Assembly (NCBI GenBank): GCA_964016885.1
Contig: OZ024742.1
Coordinates: 14,198,001 to 14,262,000, forward strand
Direction: 5' to 3'
DNA from: Eledone cirrhosa
Taxonomy: Eukaryota
DNA length: 64,000 nt
Shown here: positions 12,590 to 26,081 of the stretch, piece after piece
How the letters are laid out: each line of letters starts with the position of its first letter
Position numbering within the stretch: position 1 is the first letter of the stretch
Program-made: the position numbers and the translations under genes
The notes under the pieces: model-generated
Databases searched by the model: none
Seen by the model: only the letters and a program-made list of their open reading frames with translations
Told to the model about the DNA's origin: nothing

Positions 12590-12825
12590 CTTTGCTAATG
12601 ATTTCTAGGATGTGTTATCTCTCGGATGCTTTCAACGGTTTTTCAATCTCACGCCGAGATGTTTAACATGATCTTTTCATGGGGTCTTTGGATTGTTTGT
12701 AGCTTTAGAGTTTGCTGTTTTGTTAGGTTTCAGGTTTCTGGTCCGTAGTTGACAGTCGGTAGAAGACACTGGTCATAATGAGTTAAATAGCTTGATGTTT
12801 TCTGTGTGTTTTGTCAGTCTTCAAA
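12590..12825 (-). mobile_element. Old RTE-like LINE fragment
   Basis: Minus-strand translation with stops: YDQCLLPTVNYGPET*NLTK..KLQTIQR..EKIMLNI, the post-RT region. Confidence 0.55.
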
Positions 12826-13696
12826 ATGAAATTGACATTACTTTAAAATATGTTGTTGAATTATTGGTATTTCTAAGGTTAAATGTTGAATTCAAATATT
12901 ATTTTCTTTAAAATAATAAAATAAAGCAAATTCAAAATTAAAACATGTTTGTAATTTAACATCTTTGGTACCAAACTGATTGAAACAACCCCTTGTTCTA
13001 TGATACAAAACTGTTTGTGTTTTAAAGGGTTTATGCTTATCTAAAAACCTTCCATCATAATTATATAAGAACTTACCTTAAACTATGTTTCAAACACCAA
13101 CTTAATAATGAGAAAATCGTGGGCAGTGTCTTTCATTAGAAATATGGTAATGAAATTGTTAAATTTGTCTAAAAACCTTCCATCATAATTTTGTGTAAAA
13201 ACTTTTGTTATGTTCCAAACACCAACTTAATAATGAGAAAGTTATATTACTAAATCGTTCCAAATTTTTGATTACTTGAAAATAATTGGCAGTGTCCTTG
13301 ATTAGAAATATGATAGCGAAGGAGTTAATAGTTTAACTAACTAATGTGACTCCCAAAGTATGAGAGTGATATAGAGTTATATACTAATAAACATTGTTAA
13401 CAACACAAGTTCAAAAATATAGGTTTTAGGTTATTCACATTGAAGAATATTATCCTCTCATTTAGTACATGACTGATAACAGCTTCCTTTCACTAATATA
13501 TGCAGTCTACTATTGTTGAATTAAATATGAGGCTTTTGTTACCATTTCTAGAAGCTCACATGAATTCTACTCTGATTCATAACCACCTATTGTTTATCAA
13601 TTAAATAGCTTTTATTTAGAAATGAATCAGTTATTTACATTCAAATTTTTGTACTATTTATTTTCTATTTGATAGAAATTACTGCCTTTTAGGGTA

Positions 13697-13850
13697 TGTA
13701 TCTTAATATAACTAACCCTTATACTATTGTATATCTTAATATAACTAACCCTTATACGATTGTATATGTCAATATAACTAACCCTTATACTATTCTATAT
13801 CTTACTATAACTAACCCTTATACTATTCTATATCTTAATATAACTAACCC
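13697..13850 (+). repeat. 33-bp minisatellite (tatcttaatataactaacccttatactattgta), ~4.5 copies
   Basis: Direct tandem copies. Confidence 0.85.
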
Positions 13851-14952
13851 CAATCTCATATGTATTTATAGCTATAGTAATACATAGAGGAGGACTAATG
13901 GGTAGGAAGAGTGATGATGACATTAACATTATAGTAATACATAGAGGAGGACTAATGGGTAGGAAGAGTGATGACATTGGAGAGACTCTCGGCATTGATA
14001 AAGATGAACTGTCAGGTTTGTTTAGGAGGACTTTTTATTCCAAACACCAAGTTAATAATGAGAAAGTTATATTACTAAATCTGTCCAAATGTTTTTTATT
14101 ATTTTCAAAATGAGTTGTACCTGTAATTCAAAGAGCCAGCCTTGTTACTATGTTATGCTCAATCTTGCCAAGAACTATATTAAAGGCATATGTGTCTTTG
14201 GAATACTCAGCCACATGTAGAGACATTTTCACAAGAAGGTTATTTCATTGTTTGAACAACTACAACACTTATTGTGATTTCATAGAAAAATGGGGAAACT
14301 CATCGCTAGAACAGCTGTTAAAACAGCCAAATATTGTCAATGACAGCGATGGATAAAATACCTTAGAGGACAGAGACCAGTGGCTAGTGGTCAGCAGAGA
14401 CCAGTGGCTAGTGGTCAGCAGAGACCAGTGGCTAGTGGTCAGCAGGGACCAGTGGTTGACAGGCAGATAAAATATAGAAAAGATTGAGAGATGAGAAGGG
14501 GAAGTGTGATAGAGCATAGAAGTGACTGGAAGAAGGAAATAAAGAAAGGTGATATACAAGACAAGTTCACACACATCTTCACCCTCATCAGCTCTCGGAC
14601 CAGCAAAATGGTTTCACATTATTGTGGAGATATTGGAAGAGCATCAGGATTGTTATAATCTAGAATAGAGGTTATATGTTATTTAAACAGTCTTTTCATT
14701 TCCCCCCAAAAATACTGATGAGTCCTCCTACATTATTTCTGCACAATTTGGCTCTCTTTACTTTGTTAGCTGTGTATTTCCCATTATTTTTCATGATAGG
14801 ACTGCGGGCCCCCTATCTTTAAACCACCCAAGAAACCTCATATGAGATGTAATCTTGTAGGATGCCAGCTAAACTTAGATTAGTGTGAGCTGTAAATTTC
14901 ATTGTTTCTTCTAGAACCTGACCTAGAATGTTGTAAGTTTTCTGTAGGAAAT

Positions 14953-15141
14953 TAACCTTGAACCCTTCACCATTTACATGTATTTTCACGGTAAAGGTTT
15001 TATCTTACATAATCTTGAATCTATGAGATTTTGATGACATTTATTTTGAGAATGATATCTTAATGTCAGTATGAATGGCCAGTTTGAAAAGAAAAAAAGT
15101 GGGGGGAGAATTTTCAGCCAGTTTAAATGATAAAGGGTTAA
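14953..15141. mobile_element. piggyBac-like MITE family copy (degenerate)
   Basis: Homologous to 54625-54851 and 60362-60569. Ends in aaagggTTAA. Confidence 0.6.
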
Positions 15142-15194
15142 TTTTTAAAGGAAACTGGTCTATTGTTTTCTATAATTTTGTAAATTTTTATAAG

Positions 15195-15335
15195 GGAACT
15201 TCTTTGCTCTGGTGGTCCTGTGACAGCTCCTCTGCGTCCTCCAAGGTGGTGTCGAGCCTCTGGAGATCTTCCTTGATGAAATCCAGCCATCTGGTGCGGG
15301 GCCTGCTATAGGCCCTCTTCCAGCTTGAAACTAGC
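15195..15335 (-). mobile_element. RTE LINE C-terminal fragment
   Basis: Minus-strand WKRAYSRPRTRWLDFIKEDLQRL. Confidence 0.55.
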
Positions 15336-16239
15336 CTGTAATTTTAGGATTTTCCATGAGAAACTAGCCTATAATTTTATAAGTTTCTTAAAAGAAACTG
15401 GCCTATAATTTTATGATTTTCCATGAGAAACTAGCCTATAATTTTATAAGTTTTCTTCAAGAAACTGATTTACTGTGACAAAGTTGTTCAACAGATTTTA
15501 ATTAAATCTGTTTTTATTTCAATTTTCTTTAATGGTTGAAAAATTGAAGACGATTTATTTACCCTTTAAATAAATCTGCTAATTCAACTTGCACAATTAA
15601 TGTGTATTTTCAAAGAAATCTAATTAAATTGCAAAACAATATAAGATTTCCGCAGACTTTTATTTGTTTATTTCTAGTATTTTTCATGTAACTTTAAGAT
15701 AATTCCATGTTGGTTGCTAAATTTAGAATGAGATATTCATCCTTCTGTCTAATCAATGAACAGCTGTTTGAAATATTGCCATTTTAGAATTTATATTTTA
15801 ATCTGTTGATTCACAATTAAAACTACTAAGATGGCATCCTGCTGCTTATGTGGAACATATATGATGTCATTCTTCAAGTATTCCATTATCTGAAGGATTA
15901 TTTCTGAGAATGGCCAAGTAAATACTACTAGTTTTTATTAAGAACCAGAATACATTAAAAAACAAAACAAAACAAATATTGCTTCAAGAATCATAGCTCA
16001 ATTGTAATGGGAGAAGAAAGGAGAAAAAGAAAGAAGGATCAAGCAACAAAAGAAAGAGAGGGTCAGACACTACACCCCAGTCTGAGCAGTGGCACAGCTG
16101 TGCCCCACAGACAAAATGGCAAAAAGTGTTACTGCAGAGACTGGCCAGAAACACCCGCTGCAACAGCGACCCCCCCACCAAGTTATTCTGATTTAGAAGA
16201 AAAAGAATAAGAAAGTGCTATTTCACCATCAAATACCTG

Positions 16240-16635
16240 TTGTGTCAATGTGTTGGCTATTTCACTGTCAATATAGTCCTCTCACTGTGTCAATGTGTTG
16301 GCTATTTCACTGTCAATATAGTCCTCTCACTGTGTCAATGTGTTGGCTATTTCACTGTCAATATAGTCCTCTCACTGTGTCAATGTGTTGGCTATTTCAC
16401 TGTCAATATAGTCCTCTCACTGTGTCAATGTGTTGGCTATTTCACTGTCAATATAGTCCTCTCACTGTGTCAATGTGTTGGCTATTTCACTGTCAATATA
16501 GTCCTCTCACTGTGTCAATGTGTTGGCTATTTCACTGTCAATATAGTCCTCTCACTGTGTCAATGTGTTGGCTATTTCACTGTCAATATAGTCCTCTCAC
16601 TGTGTCAATGTGTTGGCTATTTCATCATCAATACA
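16240..16635 (+). repeat. 42-bp minisatellite, ~9.5 near-perfect copies
   Basis: Unit tgtgtcaatgtgttggctatttcactgtcaatatagtcctctcac-type. Confidence 0.92.
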
Positions 16636-17126
16636 GTTAAATACCATACATATTTTTCAATTATATATATTTGGATTGATTGATTTTTTTTAGTATATAC
16701 AGTAGTTATGGCCCTCTATGTTCTGAGTTCAAATCCTGCCAAGATCTACTTTGCCTTTCATCCTTCCAGGGCCAACAAAATAAAGTACCAGTAAAAGGAC
16801 TGGGGTTAATATACTCAACTTACCCTTCCCCACAAATTGCTGATCTTGTGCCTATGAAAATTAGAAACTATTATTTATCGCTTGAAGAAATATCTCAAAA
16901 GATCCTTTTCTTACATTAAAAAGAATTAAGTAGATCTCATAAAACTTGCAATGAAATATTCAAGGTTAATCAATACATTTTGAGAATGTTATAACAATAT
17001 TTACAGGTGCTAATGCTGTTTTCTTGCATATACCCTTGTTTAGCCTCATAGAAGATAACTTGTTGGTGTCTTTACAGAACTGTTTCTATATTACACTTCT
17101 ATCAATTATAACTGTAATATTATAGC

Positions 17127-17935
17127 AACTGTAAAGTGGTCATGTAGGTGACATGACAAAAAGTACCCAGTCCATACTGTAAAGTGGTCGTGTTGGTGAC
17201 ATGGCAAAAAGTAGCCAGTCCATATTGTAAAGTGGTTGTGTAAGTGACAGCAAAAAGTGCCCAGTCCACACTGTAAAGTGGTTGTGTAGGTGTCACAACA
17301 AAAAGTGCCCAGTCCACATAGTAAAGTGGTTGTGTAGGTGTTATGCTAAAAAGCACTCAGTCCACACTGTAAAGTGGTCATGTAGGTGTCATGACAAAAA
17401 GCACCCAGTTCACACTGTAAATGTCGTTGTCGTTAAGAGGGGCATGCAGCCTTAGAAACGAATCCAGAAACAGTTCTGTATGAGCAAGACACTGTCATCT
17501 GATCTGACTTGTCTCACAACCACAGGACATGTCATCTAACCCAGTGCTACTCAAAGTGGTGGTCTGCGGACAGGTGCCGGTACGCGAACCATCAGCTACC
17601 GGTGCGCAGCCAGTGTCCAGGCCATGCTAAGGAATCATTTGAGGAATTTTTTTATTACTTTTTTATGTTTTGATATTGTATTATTTGTTTACAAAATAAA
17701 TAGAAGATAAAAAAATGGTCAACTATTATTATATTCATTATATATATCGTTTCCGGTATAAATTAATATTACTACGAAATATTAGCGGTACGTGGCACAT
17801 TGGAAAAAAAATGCCGGTCCGCCACATCAGATAGTTTGAGAAGCACTGATCTAACCCATACTAGCATAGACGCTGTCATCTGATCTGACTTGTCATACAA
17901 CCACAGGACACCTCATCTAACCCATACTAGCATAG
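17127..17935 (+). mobile_element. RTE 3'-UTR-derived remnant with ~7 tandem ~45-bp subrepeats and a duplicated tail
   Basis: Units cacactgtaaagtggt..tgtaggtgtca..acaaaaagtgcccagt match the LINE 3' UTR at 40075-40180, followed by the gggcat.cagc..tagaaa block. Confidence 0.65.
17542..17848. mobile_element. hAT (Charlie-like) MITE
   Basis: TIRs cagtgctactcaaa/tttgagaagcactg. Perfect 8-bp TSD atctaacc at 17534-17541 and 17849-17856. Confidence 0.9.
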
Positions 17936-19319
17936 ATAATTTTTCAACTCATTTTTGGCCACCATTATAGTCATTTAGTGTTGTTTCAGACACAATTGTG
18001 ATTTTTATATTGGAAAATGTTATGTTTATTATATCTTATCTGGTGTTCAATCTACATGTTAACGTTCTCTAATATCTTTCTATTATAATTAACATAGATT
18101 GAAATTGATATGTGTATCATTAGATAAGTCTTTTATGAGCTGTTTAAACTGGGTAACTAAACTATATATACTATATAGAGAGCATCTTTGTTGTGTTTCG
18201 AAAGTATGGTGGACATCCTGATACTATATTTTCTATTATTTCAGATAATAATCACATAGCTAGTTGTCCCTCTATATTAAAACAATTATAGATATATCTC
18301 ACTCTACTCAGGGTTAATGGTTTGTCTCACTGTACCTAAGGTTAATGGTTTGTTCAACTGTACCAAGGGTTAATAGTTCCATCTCTCTTTGATGGATGTT
18401 GTCCCACTGTACCTAGGGTTAATGGTTTGTCCGTCTGTGGTAGATGTTGTCCCACTGTACCCAGGGTTAATGCTTTGTCCCACTGTACCAAGGATTAATG
18501 CTTTGTCCCTCTGTGACAGATGTTGACCTATTGAAGCTAGGTTTGTTCAGCCAGGCCAGAGTCTATTTTTGTTCTATTTGTTGTTTTGTTTGCCAAAATT
18601 ATTGACCTATGCTAGGACATATCTTTCTAGTTGTTCACCATAGTCATCATATGAGCCATATTAAGTCTATACTGATGTTTCAGACTTATTGGACCTTTTC
18701 AGTGAAGTATAGCCAGTCTGGATCCTGATTCAACAGAGATTATTATTATTACACACCATATAAAAACAGAAAAAGTTGTAGTCTGTAGTAATTTGCACGA
18801 TTATAAAATCTGAACTAAGGGATGTAACTGAAGTGTACCAATGACATGTATTAAAATAAGTAATATGTGATGTACTTTAAATATACTTCAGTTTTGTTCC
18901 CTAAAATAAAGTAAAAACAAGTTGAAGCAGGGTGAACGAGGGTCAATAGCTTTGTTCTGTTTTTAGACCAGGAAGAAAGCTCTTCATTATTAGTCAGTCA
19001 TTTTTACAGTGAACCACTGAAACTGACAATACTACTTACAACTGGTTTCATTTGGTTTTGTTGTTACTGTTGTCGTTGTTACTGTTGTTGTTGTTGTTGT
19101 TACTGTTGTTGTTGTTGTTACTGTTGCTGTTGTTACTGTTGTTGTTACTGTTGTTACTGCTGTTGTTACTGTTGTAACTGCTACTGTTTATCATATTCTG
19201 GTTTAATGATGATCATGTTTGTTTTCACTACAAATTTCAGCCTCCACCTCATCCACCTTGGATGTCATCAGCAGATATCACAAGGACAGTCTCTTCCTCA
19301 AAACCCTACACATCTTTCC

Positions 19320-19510
19320 TATAGGAGTTCTTTTTTCACCCACATATTTCTGGGAGGGCATGGGGAGGCAGAGTCCTCAAACACTCCTTCCAGCAGGTCC
19401 TGACAGAAGCAACTGTCTCCGATTGATCCGGCTGGATCCCCAAATGAGACCAGCTAAGCTCATGGATGTTAGCCAACCATCTTGCTCAGGGTCTACCCTT
19501 ATAGGAGTTG
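19320..19510 (-). mobile_element. Expander/Rex3-like RTE 3' end fragment
   Basis: Minus strand resembles GRP..RWL.NIHELSWS.LGIQPDQ...DRTCW...RTLPP. Homologous to 55130-55345. Confidence 0.6.
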
Positions 19511-19517
19511 ACCTGCA

Positions 19518-19710
19518 ATAATTGTTTCTACTTTTGGAACAGGGCCAGCAATTATGCCAGTGTATTACTGGTACTTTATTTTATCGACCCCGTAACGATG
19601 AAAGGCAAAGTTAACCTCGGTGGGATTTGAACTCAGACTGTAAAGGGCCGTAACTCTTTGCTGCAAGGCATGGCGTCCGACCTTCTACCGATACTGCCAA
19701 TCCAGCGTTG
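19518..19710 (-). mobile_element. Second tRNA-related SINE family (octopus OK/OR-like)
   Basis: gagttcaaatcc..cgaggttaactttgcctttcatc..tacggggtcgataaaataaagtaccag...ggcc.tgt.ccaaaagtagaaacaattatt. Other copies near 16710-16875, 24170-24337, 26595-26750, 28947-29122, 29370-29600, 54250-54600, 54875-55000 and 55735-56270. Confidence 0.8.
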
Positions 19711-20463
19711 AACTGCAATAATATAAACTAAATATCAACAACATCAACCTCTAAGGGCCAGTATATGTCACAGGCATAGTTATAAACACACACTCCTTCC
19801 TCTAGACCACAGGTTCTCAACCCATTTAGGCCAAACGCCCCCTTTTGTGCCTCGAAATCACGAAACGCCCCCCTACCCTATTTTTCCATTTTTCAATATA
19901 CTACTGATTTTGATATCAGTAGATTACTGAAAAATTAACAATATTCCAAAGATACCATTGCAGGCAGCTGAGAGTATAAATACATTCCTTGAAAGGAAAT
20001 ATATAAATTTCAAAAAAAGGAACATAAATGTTCTTTTTTATGAATAAGGACCAGTTGAATTTGTTATATTCCCACCAGGCGTTATCAGCTATTTTGAACA
20101 TTTATACAAGAGCAACTCTGTCTATCCCAAGAGTGTTCTTATCTGGAAGATAGTGGCAATTATATCATTTCAAAGCTTTCCAATTTTCCCTTTAATGAAA
20201 TGGACAGAATAAATGTTGATATCTAACTTGATGTCCCCTCTGCTTTGTGAGCTTAGAGACCACGGAAGAGGGTTTTCACGACCACGCGAGAGGGTATATT
20301 TATTAGTAAATGGTAAAATATATACAACAAATGAGTAAGTGAATTGTAGTAGATTGTTTCCAGTCCAGTCAGACTGCAACTACAAATAAAAAAATTGTTA
20401 GTTTGCTTTGTAACAATATCCAAGTTTTCGGATAAATCAACTTCCTTTAACTTTGACCTCATT

Positions 20464-21497
20464 TCAATGGGACCCTTGAGCTTCATGGAGTCTAGCTAAC
20501 TCTTTGATGTGAGGCTGAATTTTCCTAAGATGTAGCCAGAGATCTCCACATGTAATTACATTGTAGCGGTTACGAGACTTACTGTGCAGTCTGGAAACAG
20601 CATCAAACCTCCTCTCGACTAAGTATGAGCTTGGAAAAGGCAGAGCAAATCTCTTAGCCTCTGCATGTAGATGTGGAAATCGACGCTGAATTTCTTCTTG
20701 CATCCCAAAAAGGGGTTCACCTATTTTGGGAAATCTAATTTTGATCATGTCATCTGATTGAAGTTCAATGAATTCTTCCTGAAATTTAACATCCAAATTG
20801 TCGACGTTAGCTATGAAGTGATCTGCTATCCACATTGGAATGTCCATCAGCAAAAGGTTGACAAACCATTCTCTCATGTTCTCTTGTAGTGCACGGAGGT
20901 GAGTGGTATAAATTTGGAGTTGGTCATTGCTTACAATGTTTTGAACATTGGGGACACTAGGAAAATTATAGAATTCCCGTCAACAAAGATTCTTTTCGAT
21001 GACATTCAATTTGGCCAGGAATGTTTTCACAGCATTCCTTGTTTTAAGCAAGGTGATCTTCCCCTGCAAAGCCAAAATGACGCTATTGCATTTGTCGAAG
21101 ATGTCGGTGAGGTAGGGGTTTTCTTGTACAGTTCTGCATTGCGCCCTCGCAGAAACTCAATGATAGAGTCGAAGAGTTCAAAGAAGTGAGTAAGGCACTT
21201 GCCCTTTGAAAGCCACCTCACTTCAGTATGAAGGAGCAACTTGATGAATTCTTCATCATTATCTTGACACAGTTGCCGGAAAATTCGTTCATTGAGGGAA
21301 TGCCGTTTGATAAAATTGATGACATCAATGGCCACCTGCAAGGACTTGCTCAGCGGCTCGCTGAGTTTCTTCGCAGCCAGGTGTTGTCGATGAATGACAC
21401 AATGAACAGCAAATACAGATAGATTTTCTCTCTTCAGAAGAGTGACGAAACCCTTATGTTGGCCGACCATTACTCTTGCGTCTTCCGTAGCACGATA
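20464..21497 (-). pseudogene. Frameshifted C-terminal half of a hAT (ZBED8/SCAND3-like) transposase
   Basis: VHCVIHRQHLAAK, LLLHTEVRWLSKG and LPFPSSYLVE motifs in different frames. The N-terminal half is absent. Confidence 0.88.
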
Positions 21498-22536
21498 CAA
21501 TGTGTGTTGTATGTGGTCCTAGATGTATGTATTACCTGCTTGTATGTTGTATGTAATCCTAGATGTATGTATTACCTGCTTATGTATTGCATGTGGTCCC
21601 AGCTGTATGTATTACCTGCTTGTGTGTTGTATGTGGTCCTAGATGTGTGTATTACCTGATTGTGTTGTATGTGGTCCTAGATGTTTGTATTACCTGATTA
21701 TGTGTTGTATATGGTCCTAGATGTGTGTATTACCTGCATGTGTGTTGTATGTGGTCCTAGATGTATGTATTACCTGCTTGTGTGTTGTATGTAATCCTAG
21801 ATGTATGTATTACCTGCTTATGTATTGCATGTGGTCCCAGCTGTATGTATTACCTGCTTGTGTGTTGTATGTGGTCCTAGATGTGTGTATTACCTGATTG
21901 TGTTGTATGTGGTCCTAGATGTTTGTATTACCTGATTATGTGTTGTATATGGTCCTAGATGTGTGTATTACCTGCATGTGTGTTGTATGTGGTCCTAGAT
22001 GTATGTATTACCTGCTTGTGTGTTGTATGTAATCCTAGATGTATGTATTACCTGCTTATGTATTGCATGTGGTCCCAGCTGTATGTATTACCTGCTTGTG
22101 TGTTGTATGTGGTCCTAGATGTGTGTATTACCTGATTGTGTTGTATGTGGTCCTAGATGTTTGTATTACCTGATTATGTGTTGTATATGGTCCTAGATGT
22201 GTGTATTACCTGCATGTGTGTTGTATGTGGTCCTAGATGTATGTATTACCTGATTGTGTTGTATGTGGTCCTAGATGTTTGTATTACCTGCTTATATGTT
22301 GTATGTGGTCCTAGATGTATGTATTACCTGCATGTGTGTTGTATGTGGTCCTAGATGTATGTATTACCTGATTGTTTTGTATGTGGTCCTAGATGTTTGT
22401 ATTACCTGCTTATGTGTTGTATGTGGTCCTAGATGTATGTATTACCTGCCTGTGTGTTGTATGTGGTCCTAGATGTTTGTATTACCTGATTGTGTGTTGC
22501 ATGTGGTCCTAGATGTGTGTACTACCCGCTTCTGTG
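21498..22536 (+). repeat. 40-bp minisatellite with 238-bp higher-order period, inside the hAT element
   Basis: Unit tgtgttgtatgtggtcctagatgtatgtattacctgct(tg). The variant gtaatcct recurs at 21553, 21791 and 22029. Confidence 0.92.
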
Positions 22537-23109
22537 TTTTTTCTTTTCTTTTTTTTATTTGTAATATTATTTATACAATAGGGAATAAAATAGATCTACA
22601 TAGTGTTAACTCGTTACGATTGAGTCAATAACTTCAGAAATACATTGTTATCGGTGAAGGAAAGATAAGATTCTAACTGGCTGCGCTCAAAGTGTCCTTG
22701 GCCCAGTTGACTGTGGGTTTTCCATTTTTAGGATCCCAATTGCCGGTTAATGTCTAGACATGCCTGCACACCTGCTCACAGCTGCGGTCAGACCATAGTT
22801 ATGCTGTCTGCATGCTCATTCAAATGCATTCACACTGGCTGTCTCAAAGACATACAAATATGGCTTATAAAACTTACCAAAATAAAGAGCCTTCCAGCGC
22901 CCCCAAAGCTCCAAACGCCCCCCCTAACGCGACCTTGCTCCCAAACGCCCCCCCCTGGGATGCATATACCCCCCCCGTTGAGAACCTTTGCTCTAGACCT
23001 AGCAAATATAAAATTAAATAAAGGTTAAAATATCAAACTTCACAGTTTACTGTGACTACTTACATTTTTTGTTTTGTTTTAGTTTTTCCATAGTTTACAC
23101 AGAAAGGTA

Positions 23110-23481
23110 CTCTCAATCTCGAATAATCGCCCCTCCCCCTCCTTATTAATTAGTCAAATTTTTTTCAACCTCTCCGCTTTTATCCCCCCCCCCCACCCCC
23201 ATTTATTAAACTTTGCTAATCTATCCCTGTCAAAATTTTATTTTAAGTGGTAGCATTCCTGTGATAATTAATTTTCTTTATACATTAAAAAACATTACAA
23301 AAAAGTACTTTACAAGAAATCCCATGTTATAAAATAAATAGGATGGGTTGGGGTCTCAATATGTAAACTAAACGACTAATTCTGGTTTTTAAAAAAAATC
23401 AATGGAGACAACCTGGAAAAATTACCGATCTTTCAAAGCCCCTGCTTATTCCAGCCCCCCTTATTATTTGGGACCTGAGAG
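23110..23481. mobile_element. Tc1/mariner-type MITE
   Basis: TA|ctctcaatctcgaataat ... attatttgggacctgagag|TA: imperfect TIRs with TA flanks. Confidence 0.65.
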
Positions 23482-24595
23482 TATATTAAATTCATCTTTT
23501 GAATAAATCTATAGTATTTTAAATCTTATGAAAACTAGTTTATCACTAACTGAAAATAAAAGTTTAAATGTTTGTAAAAAATATTGTAATAGTTTTGTTT
23601 GTTTGTTTTTTTTTATCATCTGAGCAGTTTGTAAAATAAAAATGATTTATTTGTATATAAATTTATTATTTTCTTATTTTCAATATTAGATGTTTTTTTT
23701 TTTATATCAATAATTATAGCCTGTGTGAAATACTAATTAACATAAGCCATAAATTACATCAACTGTGGTGGCAGTGTTGATGATGTCTCTATCATTATAA
23801 AGGTCATTTCTAGGAAGTCTTCTTCACTTCCACTGATAACTCCCACCCCATCCCTCTATTTTGGGGAGAGGAGGGTTCAAAATACTTACATTTGTGGACA
23901 TTTAGGTCAGATATACCGTGGACATTTAGGTCACATATTGTGGTATATATTCACATAACTAGAAAATTATCATCTCACATCCTTTATAGAAATTCTAAAT
24001 TGCTGTTTGAATCTTTTCACCAGAATTTGTTCCCTCATTCTAGACTGGTTAAATACATATCATGCCTCTCCCCACCACACACCCCTCAACCAGCCCCACA
24101 CACACCAGACATTTCATGATATGACATCTAGACTTCATTCATACTAATCACCTTCTTCATCATATCGGTAAAGGGTTGGCCACCATGCTTTGACGCATAG
24201 AGTTACGGCCCTTGCCATTCTGAGTTCAAATCCTGCCGAGGTTAACTTTGCCTTTCATCCTTACGATGTCGATAAAATAAAGTACCAGTAATGTACTGGG
24301 TTATTGCTGGCCTTGTGCCAAAAGTAGAAACAATTATTTTACTTTCATCCATATTTCTATACTGTCAGGTTTTAAACACGTGTTACAGCACCTTGCTTCT
24401 CATGGTTGAGGTTCCTTGTCATCGGGTATACTCAGCCATAGAGAAACCTGGCCATCTCTCTAGTTTTATATTTCTCACGTCCTTTCCATGGATGGATATC
24501 ATGTTTTAAGATGATGTGCTATGGTTTTCAGGACTGGACACTGTTGCTGTTAAAAACCACTTTAACATCTTTTACTTTATAATCATCATCATTTG

Positions 24596-24875
24596 TGGAG
24601 CTGCATGGCCTAGGGGTAAGGGTGTTGGACTTACAATCATACTGTTTGATTCCTGGACTTAGTTATGTGTTGTGTTCTTAAGCAAAACACATCATTTCAT
24701 GTTGCTCTAGAGTATTCAGGTAAAAATGAGTATCAGCTACAATAGCTGGGGATTAATCCTATGGTGGCCTGGGATCCTGTCCAGGAGGGAGTCATGTACT
24801 CTCAGCCCCTTAACACCACAAAAACCGGGATAAGCACCAGCTACTGATGAGCCTTTAGGCTTCGGACAGACTTTA
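24596..24875 (+). mobile_element. Degenerate tRNA-derived SINE (MetaSINE-like 3' half)
   Basis: tRNA-like head and tgtgttcttaagcaaaacac block shared with the 28297 SINE, but a different 3' part (aaaaccgggataagcacc...gacttta). Confidence 0.6.
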
Positions 24876-25664
24876 GGTCATCATCATTTAACATCCGTTT
24901 TCTCTGCTAGCAAGTGTTGCATGGGTCATCACAGACGAAGTTAGAACCCAATCAAAGCCACTGATCTCACACTCTACAGAGTACAGCACATATTTTATAT
25001 CATGCCAACAGTGCTAGAGAGGTCATCATGTCTTTGACACAACTGAATGGTCTTCTCTACCTGTTTGGTAAGGTTTCTATGGCTGGAAGTCCTTCTTTAT
25101 CATAAACCACTGTGAATATTAAGGTTCTTTATAAATTGTGAGAAAAATGTAACATTTTTATTTCTTATGGTCGAAACTGGTGTTAATGATGATAGAGATA
25201 GAGTGTGTGTGTGCTACAGAGATAGGGATAGAGTGTGTGTGTGTGTGTGTGCTACAGAGAGAGAGAGATAGTGTGTGTGTGCTACAGATAGAGAGAGATA
25301 GAGTGTGTGTGTGCTACACAGAGAGAGATAGTGTGTGTGTGTGTGTGCTACAGAGAGAGAGAGAGAGTTAGATAGGGAAAGTGAGAGTACTACAGATATA
25401 TATATATAATATTATTATTTATAGTTATATATACACTATATAGAACTATAAACAGGAAAGGTCAGTAATTTATTACTACTTTATTACCAGTAAGAAAAAT
25501 AGCTCAATGTAAATACATCAGATGTTTTACAGAGCAGGAATATAAATTTATATGTCGAAACTTTGCTAGTTCTCCCAGGATTCCAAACGAAAGTTTGGAA
25601 GAAACAATTGTCAGCAATAAAATGATTTGAACATAGTTTTGATTATTGTGTAATTTATAATTTA

Positions 25665-25701
<37 letters not shown>

Positions 25702-25994
25702 GAGAGAGAGATTCATAGCTGTGTTGAACTAAGCTAGTCTTTGATTTAAAACTGTACAATAAAAAGATGTATTACTTATTGATTGATAAACTTTTAACCA
25801 AATAGTTTTCTAACTCTATTGTTTTGACTGTGATAATCACAGCCAGTGTCTAGTTTACAAGGCTTAAGTCCAGCCAGGACTAATTATTATAAACACAAGC
25901 TGACATTTTTTTCTTCTTGTCAAAATAGCACTGCATGCTTCTCAACTAAGTTGATGTCCATCTTGCTATTTCAGATCATCCCAACATCTCTAAC

Positions 25995-26046
25995 ATGGAT
26001 ATTGTTGACCTGGATAAAGTTTTAGATGACTTTGAAGAAGATGAGG
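25995..26046 (+). CDS. ZFYVE9: SARA/endofin (ZFYVE9/ZFYVE16-like), first coding exon
   Basis: Encodes MDIVDLDKVLDDFEEDE, matching the conserved DLDKVLD(D/E)FE N-terminus of SARA/endofin. Acceptor tttcag ends at 25974, so an upstream UTR exon is implied. Donor G|gtaaat at 26047, phase 1. Confidence 0.88.
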
Positions 26047-26081
26047 GTAAATTATTTACAATTTCCTTTCTCTCTACTCTC

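Larger units (their letters stand above)
19808..22990 (-). mobile_element. Defective hAT transposon, Charlie/Buster group
   Basis: TIRs cacaggttctcaac/gttgagaacctttg. 8-bp TSD ctctagac on both sides (NTCTAGAN is the Charlie-type target). Transposase pieces on the minus strand. Confidence 0.93.

Noticed and set aside
24845-24875. Hammerhead at ctgatgagcctttaggc
   Set aside because: No GAAA box after the stem; it is the 3' end of a SINE.
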